Origin: Pseudomonadota bacterium
Lineage (GTDB): Bacteria > Desulfobacterota > Desulfovibrionia > Desulfovibrionales > Desulfovibrionaceae
Direction: 5' to 3'
Length of the DNA stretch: 44,190 nt
Assembly: GCA_023450535.1 (NCBI GenBank)
Contig: JAEXGX010000224.1
Coordinates: forward strand, 1-44,190
Made by a program: the position numbers and the translations under genes. Under the pieces are notes generated by a model, which saw nothing but the letters and a program-made list of their open reading frames with translations, had not been told where the DNA came from and did not search any database. Of the stretch, positions 28,855-39,440 are shown piece after piece; the stretch's first letter is position 1, and every line of letters begins with the position of its first letter.

Positions 28855-28904
28855 GCCTGCCCAGGAGCACCCATTTCAGTGAATTCGGACGCGTTTTTCA
28901 GCAC

Positions 28905-29015
28905 TAGCGTATGTCAACATTGAAATGCTCTACGGAGCAGAGCGAAGCGAGGCTTACCCCAGCTCTCTTTATCCGTAATTCATTTCACTCCAACGGTTAA
29001 AGACGTCGCGCCGCC
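28905..29015. repeat. Degenerate partial copy of the 10700 MITE
   Basis: Colinear blocks AAATGCTC, GGAGC, TTTATCCGTAA, TTTCAC(C/T)CCAACGG(C/T)TAAAG; no clear right inverted repeat. Confidence 0.75.
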
Positions 29016-29428
29016 TCTCCATTCTGGAAGTAGCCATAATTCGCTCAAGCAGGGCACATGCTGGTACAAGGTCATTTACGTTACCCGCCACAGGAGTGCA
29101 AAACAACAGACTGACAAAAAGCCCAGTTTTTTAGAAGCAAATCTTGGGCAAGAAAGGGGTTGACAAAATGGTTAAGCCGGTGAAATTCTCTTTAAGATTT
29201 CCTTCTGGGAAAGACAATCCGTACGGCTCTTGTTTGTCACTAAAGGAATCAGTTAACGTATGTATCTGACTATGTGATAGAAACACATTTTGAAATTGTG
29301 CTCTTTGTAAGAAGATGTGTCTTCTTCATTGCGGTCAGTTCTCCCTGTTTCTATGAGAACCGCCTCATTGTTCCCTCATGGAGCAGAGCTGAGCGGAGTC
29401 ATCCGCCGGAACGCTAAAGCTGTTCGGC

Positions 29429-32400
29429 ATGAGGAAATGTATGACCGCAGATGAAAAAAAGGAAGTGGAAGCCCTGGCTTCCAAAATATTGCGCCGGTAT
29501 TTCTGTGATAGTGACGTGGAGTTTTTAATCTCCACCTTTACTCCCGACATAGTGTGGTTGGGCGGCGGCGAAATGCAGAAGGCAGAGGGTGCGGAAGCCG
29601 TAGCATCCTTTTTTCTCGCCGGGCGGGATGAATTAATGGCCTGCCGCATGTGGGATGAGGAATACGTGGTGGTGCAGCAGGCTCCGGACGTGTACCTGTG
29701 TGAAGGCCGCAGTATGCTGGAGTCGGTTCAGCCGGGTACGACCATGCGCATCCGGCAGCGTATCACATTTATTTTCCGCCGTGAGAACGGCGTCCTGAAA
29801 ACGGCGCACATTCATAATTCCCTCCCGTTTACTGCCATCCAGCCGGAAGAATTGTTTCCGATGGAAACGGCCAAAAAGGCCTTTCAAGATATGCAGGCCC
29901 GCATAGGCGAGCAGGATCGGCAAATCGAACTTATGCTCAGCCAGTTGCCCGGCGGTATGCAGATTTGTTACCCGGACGAGCGCTTCAGCACCAAGTGGAT
30001 CAGCGATGGGCTTCTTTCGCTGCTGGGGTACAAGGATGCGGCTGCTTATGCGGAGGAAACCGGCGACTGTTGTGAGGGGTTTATTCTCTCCGATGATTAT
30101 GCCGCTATGCTGAGCAAAGTGGCGGCGGAGCTGGAGCACGGTGATTCTTACAGCGTGGAATACCGTGCCATGCGTCGGGACGGCAGTATTTTGTGGGTGC
30201 GAGACATCGGCAAGCGTTTTGAGGACGCGGATGGGGAAGAGGTCATCAGCTGCTTTATTACCGATATTTCCGATCGGGTGGGGCGGGAACAAGAATTATG
30301 GAGGGTCAGCGAGGAAAACGCTCGTCGGGCGCACTTTCTTTTGGGGCTCTACAACTCCGTGCCCTGCGGCATTGTGCAATTCGTTACCGTCCCCGTGCCC
30401 CGTATCCTGAACATCAACCGTCGCGCCTTGGAAATGTACGGTTACAGTGAAGAGGAATACTTCGCTGGTGAGCGCGATCCCTTTTTTTTCGTTCAGGCGA
30501 AAGATCTTCCCCGTGTGCAGGGAGCCGTAGCCGGGCTCTTCCAGGGGGGCGGCCGGGCCGCTTATGAGCGTGAGCTGCTCTGCCCTGACGGCCGGAAGCT
30601 GTGGATCAACGTTATTATGGAGAAAGTTCTCAACGCCGATGGCATTGAGGTGGTACAGGCCATTTTCACCGATATCACTGCCACCAAAAAATTGCGGATG
30701 GAACGTGAGCAGGAGCAACTGCAGGAAAACCGTTCCCTGCGGGCGGCGGTGTCTTCCGCCTACCAGCTGATCCTGCGCGTCAACCTGACCCGGGACTGGT
30801 ACGACAGTTTCAGTGAAAGCAGTTATATCAGACCGATACCCCGGTCGGGAAAATTTTCCGAACTTGTGACGGAAGCCGTATCTGACGTGGTTGAAGGCTA
30901 CCGTCAAGACTTCATCTCGACTTTTTCACCCAAAGGGCTGCTGGAGCATTTCCTGACGGGGGAGAATGAGGTTTATCTCGAACATCCGCGCCAGGGAGCG
31001 GACGGCCTGCCTCACTGGTTGTCTCTGCACGGCATTCGGGTGGAAGCCCCGGACGATGTGACGTGTATCATCATGATCAAGGTGCTCGATGAGCTGCGGG
31101 CAGAAAAGGCCCGGCAGGAACAAATTTTGCGCGATGCCCTGTCTGCGGCGGAATCCGCCAATCGGGCCAAGTCTGATTTTTTGTCGCGCATGAGTCACGA
31201 TATCCGTACCCCCATGAACGCCATTATTGGCATGAGTGCCATTGGTCAGCTCAAGGCTGGCGATCCGGGCCGGATACAAGACTGTTTTCGAAAAATCGAC
31301 GCCTCATCACGGTATTTGCTGTCTCTGCTCAATGACATTCTGGACATGGCCCGTATTGAAAGCGGCAAGATGAGCCTGGAGTGCGCTCCCTTCGATCTGG
31401 CGGAGCTGATAGAACAGATCGACGGCATGATTTTTTCTCAGGCAGAAGAGGCAGGCATCACATACGAGGTCTATCATACAGAACCGTTGGCGCGGCGTTA
31501 TGTGGGGGATGCGCTGCGCATCAACCAGATCCTCATGAATCTGTTGTCCAATGCCCTCAAATTTACGCCCTCGGGTGGCCGGATCCATGTCCGCATCCGC
31601 GAGTGCGGCCGGGAACGCGGTCTGTCCCATGTGGAATTCACGGTAGAGGATTCCGGGGTGGGCATGGCTCCTGAATTCATTCAGAAGGTGTTTCTGCCTT
31701 TCGAGCAGGAAAATGCAGGCGTGGCCAGGAATAAGGCGGGCAGTGGCCTGGGCCTGTCCATCGTGTTCAGTCTGGTACAACTGATGGGGGGAGCCATCAA
31801 CGTGACCAGCGAAAAAGGGCGCGGCAGTTCTTTTGTCGTGACTCTGCCGCTGGAGCCGGCCGATAAGGATCAGGATGCGGAGGAGCGCCGCAAATCCCGC
31901 GAACTGCTGATGGGGCTGCATGTGCTGGTGGTAGACGATGACATCCTGGTGGGCGAGCAGGTGACAATGATTATGAACGGCATCGGAGCCAAGTCGCTGT
32001 GGGTGGACTCAGGTTTCAAGGCCGTGGAGGCTGTGCGCTCCGCAATAGAATCTGGAAGCAGCTATGATGTGGCTTTGGTGGATTGGAAAATGCCCGGTAT
32101 GGACGGTATTGAAACCACGCGGCGAATCCGCGAACTGGTAGGGCCGGACACCACCATTATTATCATCTCCGCCTATGACTGGAGCTGCATCGAAACCGAA
32201 GCCCGCACAGCCGGAGCCGACTACTTCATCTCCAAACCTCTGTTTCATTTCTCCCTGTGCCATACCCTCCAGCAACTGCATATCGGCCGTCCGTCGATCG
32301 GAGAAATTTCGGCTTCACCTGCGATCCCCGTGCACACGCCGATCCGGTGGAAGGATCGGCGTGTACTGCTGGTGGAGGATAACGAGCTGAACATGGAAAT

Positions 32401-32728
32401 CGCACGTTCGCTACTGGAGATGCGGGGTCTTCAGGTGGATGGCGCAAAAAACGGTGACATTGCGGTGCGCATGTTCGCCGAATCGTCGGCAGGGCATTAT
32501 CATGGCGTACTCATGGATATCCGTATGCCGGTCATGGATGGTCTGGAGGCCACACGGCGCATACGCGCCTTGTCCAGACCTGATGCCTCCACAGTGCCGA
32601 TTGTCGCCATGTCGGCCAATGCTTTCAGTGAAGATAAAAAATGTGCCATTGATACAGGGATGAATGACTATCTGGTCAAGCCACTAGAACTGGATGAACT
32701 GTTCGCCACGCTGGAAAAGTGGCTGTAG
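29429..32728 (+). CDS. Cytoplasmic hybrid histidine kinase, paralog of 12438..15743
   Basis: Same domain order, FLSRMSHDIRTPMN, NALKF, GSGLGL, two REC domains. Confidence 0.92.
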   Translation: MRKCMTADEKKEVEALASKILRRYFCDSDVEFLISTFTPDIVWLGGGEMQKAEGAEAVASFFLAGRDELMACRMWDEEYVVVQQAPDVYLCEGRSMLESVQPGTTMRIRQRITFIFRRENGVLKTAHIHNSLPFTAIQPEELFPMETAKKAFQDMQARIGEQDRQIELMLSQLPGGMQICYPDERFSTKWISDGLLSLLGYKDAAAYAEETGDCCEGFILSDDYAAMLSKVAAELEHGDSYSVEYRAMRRDGSILWVRDIGKRFEDADGEEVISCFITDISDRVGREQELWRVSEENARRAHFLLGLYNSVPCGIVQFVTVPVPRILNINRRALEMYGYSEEEYFAGERDPFFFVQAKDLPRVQGAVAGLFQGGGRAAYERELLCPDGRKLWINVIMEKVLNADGIEVVQAIFTDITATKKLRMEREQEQLQENRSLRAAVSSAYQLILRVNLTRDWYDSFSESSYIRPIPRSGKFSELVTEAVSDVVEGYRQDFISTFSPKGLLEHFLTGENEVYLEHPRQGADGLPHWLSLHGIRVEAPDDVTCIIMIKVLDELRAEKARQEQILRDALSAAESANRAKSDFLSRMSHDIRTPMNAIIGMSAIGQLKAGDPGRIQDCFRKIDASSRYLLSLLNDILDMARIESGKMSLECAPFDLAELIEQIDGMIFSQAEEAGITYEVYHTEPLARRYVGDALRINQILMNLLSNALKFTPSGGRIHVRIRECGRERGLSHVEFTVEDSGVGMAPEFIQKVFLPFEQENAGVARNKAGSGLGLSIVFSLVQLMGGAINVTSEKGRGSSFVVTLPLEPADKDQDAEERRKSRELLMGLHVLVVDDDILVGEQVTMIMNGIGAKSLWVDSGFKAVEAVRSAIESGSSYDVALVDWKMPGMDGIETTRRIRELVGPDTTIIIISAYDWSCIETEARTAGADYFISKPLFHFSLCHTLQQLHIGRPSIGEISASPAIPVHTPIRWKDRRVLLVEDNELNMEIARSLLEMRGLQVDGAKNGDIAVRMFAESSAGHYHGVLMDIRMPVMDGLEATRRIRALSRPDASTVPIVAMSANAFSEDKKCAIDTGMNDYLVKPLELDELFATLEKWL

Positions 32729-32826
32729 GGCACGTCAATATTGAAATGATCGACGCCATGAGCAATCCACTTTAAACTTGTTCATGGGGCTGTTCACACT
32801 ATTGGGGATAGTTTCAATATATTGAG

Positions 32827-32875
32827 GGGGATCGGGGGGAATCATTCCCCCCGGCGGGGTACGGGCAGAGCCCCG
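32827..32875. repeat. Double-hairpin REP-like repeat
   Basis: GGGGGGAATCATTCCCCCC plus CGGGCAGAGCCCCG; related copy at 40861-40929. Confidence 0.65.
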
Positions 32876-32932
32876 AAAAAGCAGGCGTTTTCTATTTTGT
32901 GTCAACACGTCCTAAAGGCGCCGCGCCGGCCT

Positions 32933-32981
32933 TGAACACAAATATCCCCGAAGCTTTCAGCTTCGGGGATATTTGTGTTCA
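32933..32981. terminator. Perfect 22-bp hairpin after the efflux operon
   Basis: TGAACACAAATATCCCCGAAGC-TTTCA-GCTTCGGGGATATTTGTGTTCA. Confidence 0.7.
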
Positions 32982-32996
32982 TAGAGAGGTCTTTTT

Positions 32997-34517
32997 TTAT
33001 GACTTGGACGCGGCGTCCTTGGCCGGAGCCGCAGGCTGGCCGTTGTCTTCCCATCCGCCGCCGAGCGCCATGCACACGTTGATGATGGAGGAAAGGTGGG
33101 CCGCACGGGTGCTGGCGAGCTGGATTTCCGCGTCAAACAGAGAACGTTCGGCGTCCAGAACGTCCAGGTATGAGGCGTAGCCATTGTCATAACGCAGACG
33201 AGCCAGTTCCGTGGCCTTGCGCAGGCTGTTTACGGATTCATTCAGGGCCCTGACCACATACACGGTGCGGTCCTGAATGGTCAGTGCGTCGCGCACTTCC
33301 TGAAAGGCCTGCTGCACGGACAGCACGTAGGAAGCTGCAGCTTCACGCTGAGCGGCTTCGCTGGCCTTCACGTTGTTGGAGATGCGTCCGAAGGTGAGAA
33401 TGGGCAGATTGATGCCGCCGCCAATGCTCCAGATGTTCGTAGCGCTTTCAAACAGATGGTCGAGTTCGCTGCTCTGGGTACCGAGCTGGCCGGTCAGCGA
33501 GATGGACGGGAACCATTCCGCCTTGGCCGCGCCGATTCTGAAGTTTGCCGCCCTGAGTGTGGCTTCCGCCGCGATGAGGTCGGGGCGGCGTTCCAGCAAG
33601 TCGGAGGGTATGCCCACGGGCAGTTGCGGCGCGCTGGGCATGGCGTCCAGTTCCAGTCCGCGCTGCGGCGAGGCTTCAAAGATATCACGCGGGGAGCGGC
33701 CGGTCAGCACCATGAGCGCGCTTTCCGCCGTGGCCACCTGATATTGCGCGGTGTACAGGCTGGCTCGCACGCTGTCCACTTCCGTCTTGGCACGCAAAAA
33801 GTCCAGCTCGCTGATCAGGCCCTCGTCGTAACGGGCGCGGTAGATCTTCAGCGCTTCCTCGCGAGAGGCCAGGGTACGTTTGGCAATGCTGAGCTGGGCG
33901 TCATAACTGCGCAGGTTGATATAGGCCGTGGCGGTTTGTCCGGCCAGGCTGAGCACCACGCCGCGCTGTCCGGCTTCAGAGGACAACAGCTGCTCCCGCG
34001 CGGCGGCGGTGGAGTTGCGCACCTTGCCCCACAGGTCCATTTCCCATGCGGCCTGGAGGCCGAGAGAGAATTGGTTGTTGACGCGGCCGGGCGCATCGGC
34101 GGGAATACCGTTTATCCCGAACAGTTTGCTGATGGCCGTGCCCGCCGCGATGTCGCTTTCCGTCACCTTGGCGCGTCCAGCGCTGCCGGAACCCGAAAGT
34201 GTGGGGAAGTAGTCCGCTCTGGCCAGCCCCAGGTACGCCCGGGCCTGATCCACGCGGGCAATGGCCACCGCGAGGTTTTGGTTGTGCAGCAGGGCCTCTT
34301 CCACCATTTTGTCCAGCACCGGGTCGTTGAAGCGCTTCCACCACTGGACTTCAAGGTTCTTTGACGCCATGGGCAGATTGTAGGGCGCTTTGCTCCATGT
34401 GTCCGGGATGTCCATCCCCGGGCGGTTGTAATCCGGGGCAAAGGAGCAGCCGGACAACGCCATGCCCGAAATCAGGCAGAGGGCCGCGCCCGCGCGCCGG
34501 AAAGCAGTTCCAGTCAT
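32997..34517 (-). CDS. RND outer membrane factor lipoprotein (OprM/NodT type)
   Basis: Lipobox LSGC, WWKRFNDP, WEMDLWG, LLERRPD, ALGGGW. Confidence 0.93.
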   Translation of the reverse strand: MTGTAFRRAGAALCLISGMALSGCSFAPDYNRPGMDIPDTWSKAPYNLPMASKNLEVQWWKRFNDPVLDKMVEEALLHNQNLAVAIARVDQARAYLGLARADYFPTLSGSGSAGRAKVTESDIAAGTAISKLFGINGIPADAPGRVNNQFSLGLQAAWEMDLWGKVRNSTAAAREQLLSSEAGQRGVVLSLAGQTATAYINLRSYDAQLSIAKRTLASREEALKIYRARYDEGLISELDFLRAKTEVDSVRASLYTAQYQVATAESALMVLTGRSPRDIFEASPQRGLELDAMPSAPQLPVGIPSDLLERRPDLIAAEATLRAANFRIGAAKAEWFPSISLTGQLGTQSSELDHLFESATNIWSIGGGINLPILTFGRISNNVKASEAAQREAAASYVLSVQQAFQEVRDALTIQDRTVYVVRALNESVNSLRKATELARLRYDNGYASYLDVLDAERSLFDAEIQLASTRAAHLSSIINVCMALGGGWEDNGQPAAPAKDAASKS

Positions 34518-34592
34518 ATCAGTTCTCCCTCTCAGAGCAGGTTGGGTTTGAAATGTTGCATCCAGTTAGAGCATTTCTCATGAAAAATGACA

Positions 34593-34626
34593 ATCCGGGG
34601 GCGGGGCAAATGTGCCGCCCCCGGAT
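34593..34626. other. Intergenic GC hairpin between the permease and OMF genes
   Basis: ATCCGGGGGCGG...CCGCCCCCGGAT. Confidence 0.6.
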
Positions 34627-34636
34627 GGAAACTGCT

Positions 34637-37600
34637 CTATTCGGCTTGGGTTTTGTTTTTTTTGCGACTGTCCATCTTTTCTGCGGCGGACATGATGACC
34701 TTGTAGAAGAAGGGCACGATGAGCGGCGCGAGAGTGGACGCCGCCAGCATGCCGAATACCACGCTGATGCCGATGGCGCGGCGGCTGGACGCACCCGCGC
34801 CAGTGCTGATGGCCAGCGGCACGCAGCCCAGGATGAAGGCCAGTGAGGTCATGATAATGGGCCGGAAACGCAGCTTGGCGGCCTGCACGGCGGATTCCAC
34901 GATGCTCATGCCCTGCTTGTACTGATCCGCCGCGAATTCCACGATCAGAATGGCGTTTTTACAGGCCAGACCGAGCAGGGTGAAGAAGGCCACCTGGGTG
35001 TACACGTCGTTGTTCTGCCCCGTCAGCCAGTTGCCGGCAATGGCGCCGAATACTGCAAAGGGCACTGCGGTGAGCACGGCCAGCGGCAGAGTCCAGCGTT
35101 CATATTGAGCGGCAAGGATGAGGAAGACCATGAGCAGGGCCAGACCGAGTACGGTGAAGTCCGTGCCGCCGGTGGCGACTTCCTGATAGCTGGAGCCGGA
35201 CCAGGCCAGAGAATAACCCTGCGGCAGGAGCTGATCGCACACCTCCTGCATGGCCTGGAGCGCCTGGCCGGAGCTGTAGCCTGAAGCGGGGTTGCCGGTT
35301 ACCTTGGCGGCCAGCAGACCGTTGAAGTGGGTGACAAGCTGAGGGCCGCTGTCATTATGGATAGAGACCAGCGACACCAGCGGGATGTCGTTGCCGTCGC
35401 GGCTCTGCACGTAGATACTGCCCATTTCGTCGGGCAGGGAACGGTAGGGCGCATCCGCCTGCATATACACGCGGAAGGTACGGCCGTTCATGTTGAAGTC
35501 GTTGATATAGGATGCACCAAGCGTGGCGCCCATGGTGTTGAACACATCAGCCACGTTGACGTTGAGCATGCGGGCCTTTTCGCGGTCAAGGTCGACGTAG
35601 AGGCGCGGGGAGTTCACGCTGTAGGTGCTGTTCACGCCGGAGAGTTCGGGCCGTTTGGCCGCTTCGGCCAGCACCGCGCGAATCACGTCGGACAACTGCT
35701 TGGGGTTGTCTTCAGTGGACATGATCATGGCTTCAAAACCGCCGGTGTTGCTCAGGCCCATGATGGGCGGCGGGTTGAAGGGCAGAATCAGACCCTTGGT
35801 TTCAGCCATGCCGATGCCGTAGATCTTGCCGATGGTGTCGTTGACGGTGATCCCCATCTTTTCACGTTCGGCCCAATCCTTGAGGGTAACGAACATGACG
35901 CCGGAGTTGGTGTTCAGCGCGCCGTTTATCATGTCGAAGCCGGCCACGGAGAGCAGATTTTCCACTTCGGGCAGTTCCTGTACCTTTGCCGCGACGCTGT
36001 CCATAACTTCAATGGTCTGGGGCAGAGCTGTGCCGTCCGGCATCATGCCCATGACCAGAATGGAGCCCTGGTCTTCTTCAGGCACCAGAGCCGTGGGCAC
36101 GCGGTTGAAAAGATCCCAGGTTCCCCCGCATACGGCGGCGACAAGCAGCGTCGTAATGACGCCATGCCGGATGAAGTAGCGCACGCCGATGGAAAAGCGC
36201 TTGGTAACGCGGTCAAAGAAGCGGTTGAACCAGCGGAAGAAGCGGGGAGGCTCCTTGTGCGACTTCTTGATCAGCATGACACAGAGCGTGGGCGTGAGTG
36301 TCAGGGCTACAATGCCCGACAGGGTAACAGAAATGGCGATGGTAATGGCGAACTGCCGGTACATCACGCCCGCCAGACCGCCCATAAAGCCCACGGGAAT
36401 GAACACGGCGCATAACACCAGCACGATGGCGACAACAGCGCCGGTCACTTCATGCATGGCTTTGGCCGTGGCCTGCCGTGGCGTGAGATCCTCGGTTTCC
36501 AGTATTCGGGCCATGTTTTCCATGACCACGATGGCATCGTCGACCACAATACCGATGGCCAGCACCAGGGCGAAGAGCGTCAGAGTATTGATGGAGAAGC
36601 CCAGCGCATAGATGCCCGCAAAGGTGCCGATCAGAGAAATGGGCACGGCGATGCAGGGGATGAGCGTAGCTTCCCATTTTTGCAGGAAGAGGTACACCAC
36701 GATGAACACCAGGAACATGGCTTCTATCAGGGTATGGATCACTTCCTCGATGGAGATTTTTACGAAGGTCGTAGTGTTGTAGGGAATGGAATATTCAATC
36801 CCGGTGGGAAATGCCTTGGAAACATTCTCAAAGTAGGCTTCAACGCGCTGCGCCGTATCCAGCGCGTTGGCGCCGGTGCCAAGGTAAACCGCAATGGGTA
36901 CGGCAAGGTTGCCGTCGGTACGGCCTTGAGCGCTATAATCCTTTGCTCCCAAGGCTACGCGGGCAACGTCCTTGAGGCGCAGTACCCCTCCGTCAGGTGT
37001 GGTGCGCAGGATGATATTGCCGAATTCTTCCGGCGTGCTCAGGCGGCCGAGGCCGCTGACCTGCCAGGTCATCTGGATCTCGTTTGAACTGGGCATGGCG
37101 CCCACGGAACCGAAGGAATACTGGTTGTTCTGATCCTTTACGGCCTGGGCGATCTCTCCCGTGGTCAGACCGAGCTGGGCCATGCGTTGGGGGTTCAGCC
37201 AGATGCGGATGGCGTAGTCCTTGGAACCCATAATTTCCGCGTTGCCCACGCCGGGGATACGCTTCAGGCCGTCCATGATGTAGAACAGCGCGTAGTTGCT
37301 GAGATAGGTATCGTCGTAAACGCCCCCCTCTGAAATGAGAGACGCCACCAGCAGGAAGGAGGAAGACTGCTTTTTCACCGTCACGCCGTACTGGCGCACG
37401 ATGTCCGGCAGCATGGCCTCGGCCGCCTGTACGCGGTTGTTCACGTTGACGGTGGCCATGTCGGGGTCGGTGCCGATTTCAAAGTACACGTTCATCGACA
37501 TGGAGCCGCTGGTGGAACACACCGTGTTCATGTAAATCATGTTGTCCACGCCGTTCATCTGGTCTTCGATGGGCTGGGCAACGCTTTGGGCAATGGTTTC

Positions 37601-37807
37601 GGGGGTTGCGCCAGGGTACTGGGCAGAGACCTGGACGGAAGGCGGCGTCAGTTCGGGATACTGGGAAACAGGCAGTTTTCCGATGGCCAGAACGCCGAGC
37701 AGGACTATGAAAATGGAAATAACCGCAGAGAATACGGGCCGTTTCAGAAAGAAACCTTCCTGAATGGGGGCCTGATCCAGCGGGGATGTGTTTGGATTCT
37801 GGGACAT
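34637..37807 (-). CDS. HAE1 RND efflux permease (AcrB/MexB family)
   Basis: RPVFSAV, GIVVDDAIVV, KNAILIVEFA, RFRPIIMTS; 1056 aa. Confidence 0.95.
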   Translation of the reverse strand: MSQNPNTSPLDQAPIQEGFFLKRPVFSAVISIFIVLLGVLAIGKLPVSQYPELTPPSVQVSAQYPGATPETIAQSVAQPIEDQMNGVDNMIYMNTVCSTSGSMSMNVYFEIGTDPDMATVNVNNRVQAAEAMLPDIVRQYGVTVKKQSSSFLLVASLISEGGVYDDTYLSNYALFYIMDGLKRIPGVGNAEIMGSKDYAIRIWLNPQRMAQLGLTTGEIAQAVKDQNNQYSFGSVGAMPSSNEIQMTWQVSGLGRLSTPEEFGNIILRTTPDGGVLRLKDVARVALGAKDYSAQGRTDGNLAVPIAVYLGTGANALDTAQRVEAYFENVSKAFPTGIEYSIPYNTTTFVKISIEEVIHTLIEAMFLVFIVVYLFLQKWEATLIPCIAVPISLIGTFAGIYALGFSINTLTLFALVLAIGIVVDDAIVVMENMARILETEDLTPRQATAKAMHEVTGAVVAIVLVLCAVFIPVGFMGGLAGVMYRQFAITIAISVTLSGIVALTLTPTLCVMLIKKSHKEPPRFFRWFNRFFDRVTKRFSIGVRYFIRHGVITTLLVAAVCGGTWDLFNRVPTALVPEEDQGSILVMGMMPDGTALPQTIEVMDSVAAKVQELPEVENLLSVAGFDMINGALNTNSGVMFVTLKDWAEREKMGITVNDTIGKIYGIGMAETKGLILPFNPPPIMGLSNTGGFEAMIMSTEDNPKQLSDVIRAVLAEAAKRPELSGVNSTYSVNSPRLYVDLDREKARMLNVNVADVFNTMGATLGASYINDFNMNGRTFRVYMQADAPYRSLPDEMGSIYVQSRDGNDIPLVSLVSIHNDSGPQLVTHFNGLLAAKVTGNPASGYSSGQALQAMQEVCDQLLPQGYSLAWSGSSYQEVATGGTDFTVLGLALLMVFLILAAQYERWTLPLAVLTAVPFAVFGAIAGNWLTGQNNDVYTQVAFFTLLGLACKNAILIVEFAADQYKQGMSIVESAVQAAKLRFRPIIMTSLAFILGCVPLAISTGAGASSRRAIGISVVFGMLAASTLAPLIVPFFYKVIMSAAEKMDSRKKNKTQAE

Positions 37808-37810
37808 GTG

Positions 37811-39088
37811 CTATTCCGCCTGGGGCTTGCCGCTTGCGGCGTTTTCATCCTCGGGGAGGACGGTAAGGGAGGTTTCGCTCGGGCCCCCTTCCGGCGTGGT
37901 GATCGAGTCCGGGGTGGGCAGGGCGGTTTCCCGCGCGGGACGCTGCACGGGTTTGCCCTGTACGGGGGCGCCGGGGCGAACCTTGTTGGTGCCGTCCACC
38001 ACGACCACCGTGCCGGGCTCAAGTCCGTCGTCCACGATGAATTCGTTGCCGAAAATCTCTCCCAGTTTCACTGGAGTAAGCGTGGCCACGCCATCCTTGC
38101 CCACGGTATAGACCATGGTGCCCTGCGCCGTGTTCATCACAGCGGTCTGGGGGATCATGATCACATCCACCAGCATGGTGCCGCCGATGGTGACGGAGGC
38201 GTACTGGCCGGGCAGAAGCGCGCTTTCCGGGTTGGGGAACTGGGCGCGGGCGCGGACCACGGAAGTCTGCGGTTCCACCTGCGTGTCGACAAAGGTGACG
38301 AAGCCTGGATACTGATAGGTTCCGCCTTCCAGCATGGTCAGGCGCGCGGGCGTTCCTTCTGTGGACTGTTTGGCCTTGCCCTGGGCTTCCAGACGCTTCA
38401 TGCGCATCATGTCTGCGCTGGGAATGGCAAAGGTGGCATACATGGGGTCGGTCTGATTGATGGTGGTCAAGAGACTGCCCTGCGCATCCAGCGTGATCAG
38501 GTCGCCTTCGTCGCGCGCGGCCAGACTGGTGTAACCGGAGATAGGTGCCACCACATTAGTGTAATCCAACTGGATCTGGGCTTCATTTACCCGCGCCTGA
38601 GCCGACGCCACCTGCGCATTGGCGCTGTCAAAGGCGGCCTTGGCTGTGTCGCGGTCTTTTTGGCTGACGGCGTTGCGGGAGTAAAGCGGCTGGATACGGT
38701 TCCATTCGCGCTGAGCGTTGGAATACTCGGTCTGGGCCACGGTCAGTTGAGCCTTGGCCTGATCCAGAGCAGCCTGAGCCGAGGCCGGATCGATTTCAAA
38801 CAGGGTCTGCCCCTGATAGACGTAATCTCCTTCCTTAAAGAACCGGCGCTTCAGAATGCCGGAGATCTGGGCCCGTACCTCGACCGAAAGGTAACCGAGA
38901 GTCTGGCCCATGTAGGTCGATTTGAGCGGCACGTTTTCCTTCTGGAGTTCCAGAGTCCCTACCAGAGGAGGCGGCATCTGCCGTGCTGCCTGCTTGTCCT
39001 TGTCATCGAAGCAGGCCGTGAGGCTGAACGCCACGGTTACGAGCAGGGCGGCGAGGGCACCGCGGGAAAGTGTGGCATGAGAGTGCAT
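37811..39088 (-). CDS. RND periplasmic adaptor lipoprotein (AcrA family)
   Basis: AAGGAG RBS, lipobox LTAC, EVRAQISG, APISG, LLPGQY. True start MHSHAT (39088). Confidence 0.92.
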   Translation of the reverse strand: MHSHATLSRGALAALLVTVAFSLTACFDDKDKQAARQMPPPLVGTLELQKENVPLKSTYMGQTLGYLSVEVRAQISGILKRRFFKEGDYVYQGQTLFEIDPASAQAALDQAKAQLTVAQTEYSNAQREWNRIQPLYSRNAVSQKDRDTAKAAFDSANAQVASAQARVNEAQIQLDYTNVVAPISGYTSLAARDEGDLITLDAQGSLLTTINQTDPMYATFAIPSADMMRMKRLEAQGKAKQSTEGTPARLTMLEGGTYQYPGFVTFVDTQVEPQTSVVRARAQFPNPESALLPGQYASVTIGGTMLVDVIMIPQTAVMNTAQGTMVYTVGKDGVATLTPVKLGEIFGNEFIVDDGLEPGTVVVVDGTNKVRPGAPVQGKPVQRPARETALPTPDSITTPEGGPSETSLTVLPEDENAASGKPQAE

Positions 39089-39266
39089 GAATGACTCCTT
39101 GATCTGAAGGGGCAAAGCCCGTAGTGGCGCGTGAACGGGGTATTCCGGACGGCCTGGTGCGTATGGACAGGCTCGCGTGTTGCGGCCATAATGGGTTTCA
39201 AAACATATTGGTTCCCTTAGCATGGGCGCCGTGAGCCGTCCATGAGATGAGGGGTTGGAGAAAGCA

Positions 39267-39440
39267 ATGAGTCCTTTTATTGTACGTGGTATTCTCATCG
39301 GGGGGTCACTCGGCGTCTTTGCCGCGCTGTTCGGAGTGGTGGACAACATGCCCCGGGCCTTCGGCCTGGGGATGATCGGGGGTGTTTTCGCCGGGTTTAC
39401 TCTGGCTCGGCTGCGCAAGGGCAAAACGCCGCTTGACTGA
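39267..39440 (+). CDS. Small two-helix Gly-rich membrane protein, 57 aa
   Basis: GGAG RBS, two hydrophobic segments, basic C-terminal tail. Confidence 0.65.
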   Translation: MSPFIVRGILIGGSLGVFAALFGVVDNMPRAFGLGMIGGVFAGFTLARLRKGKTPLD

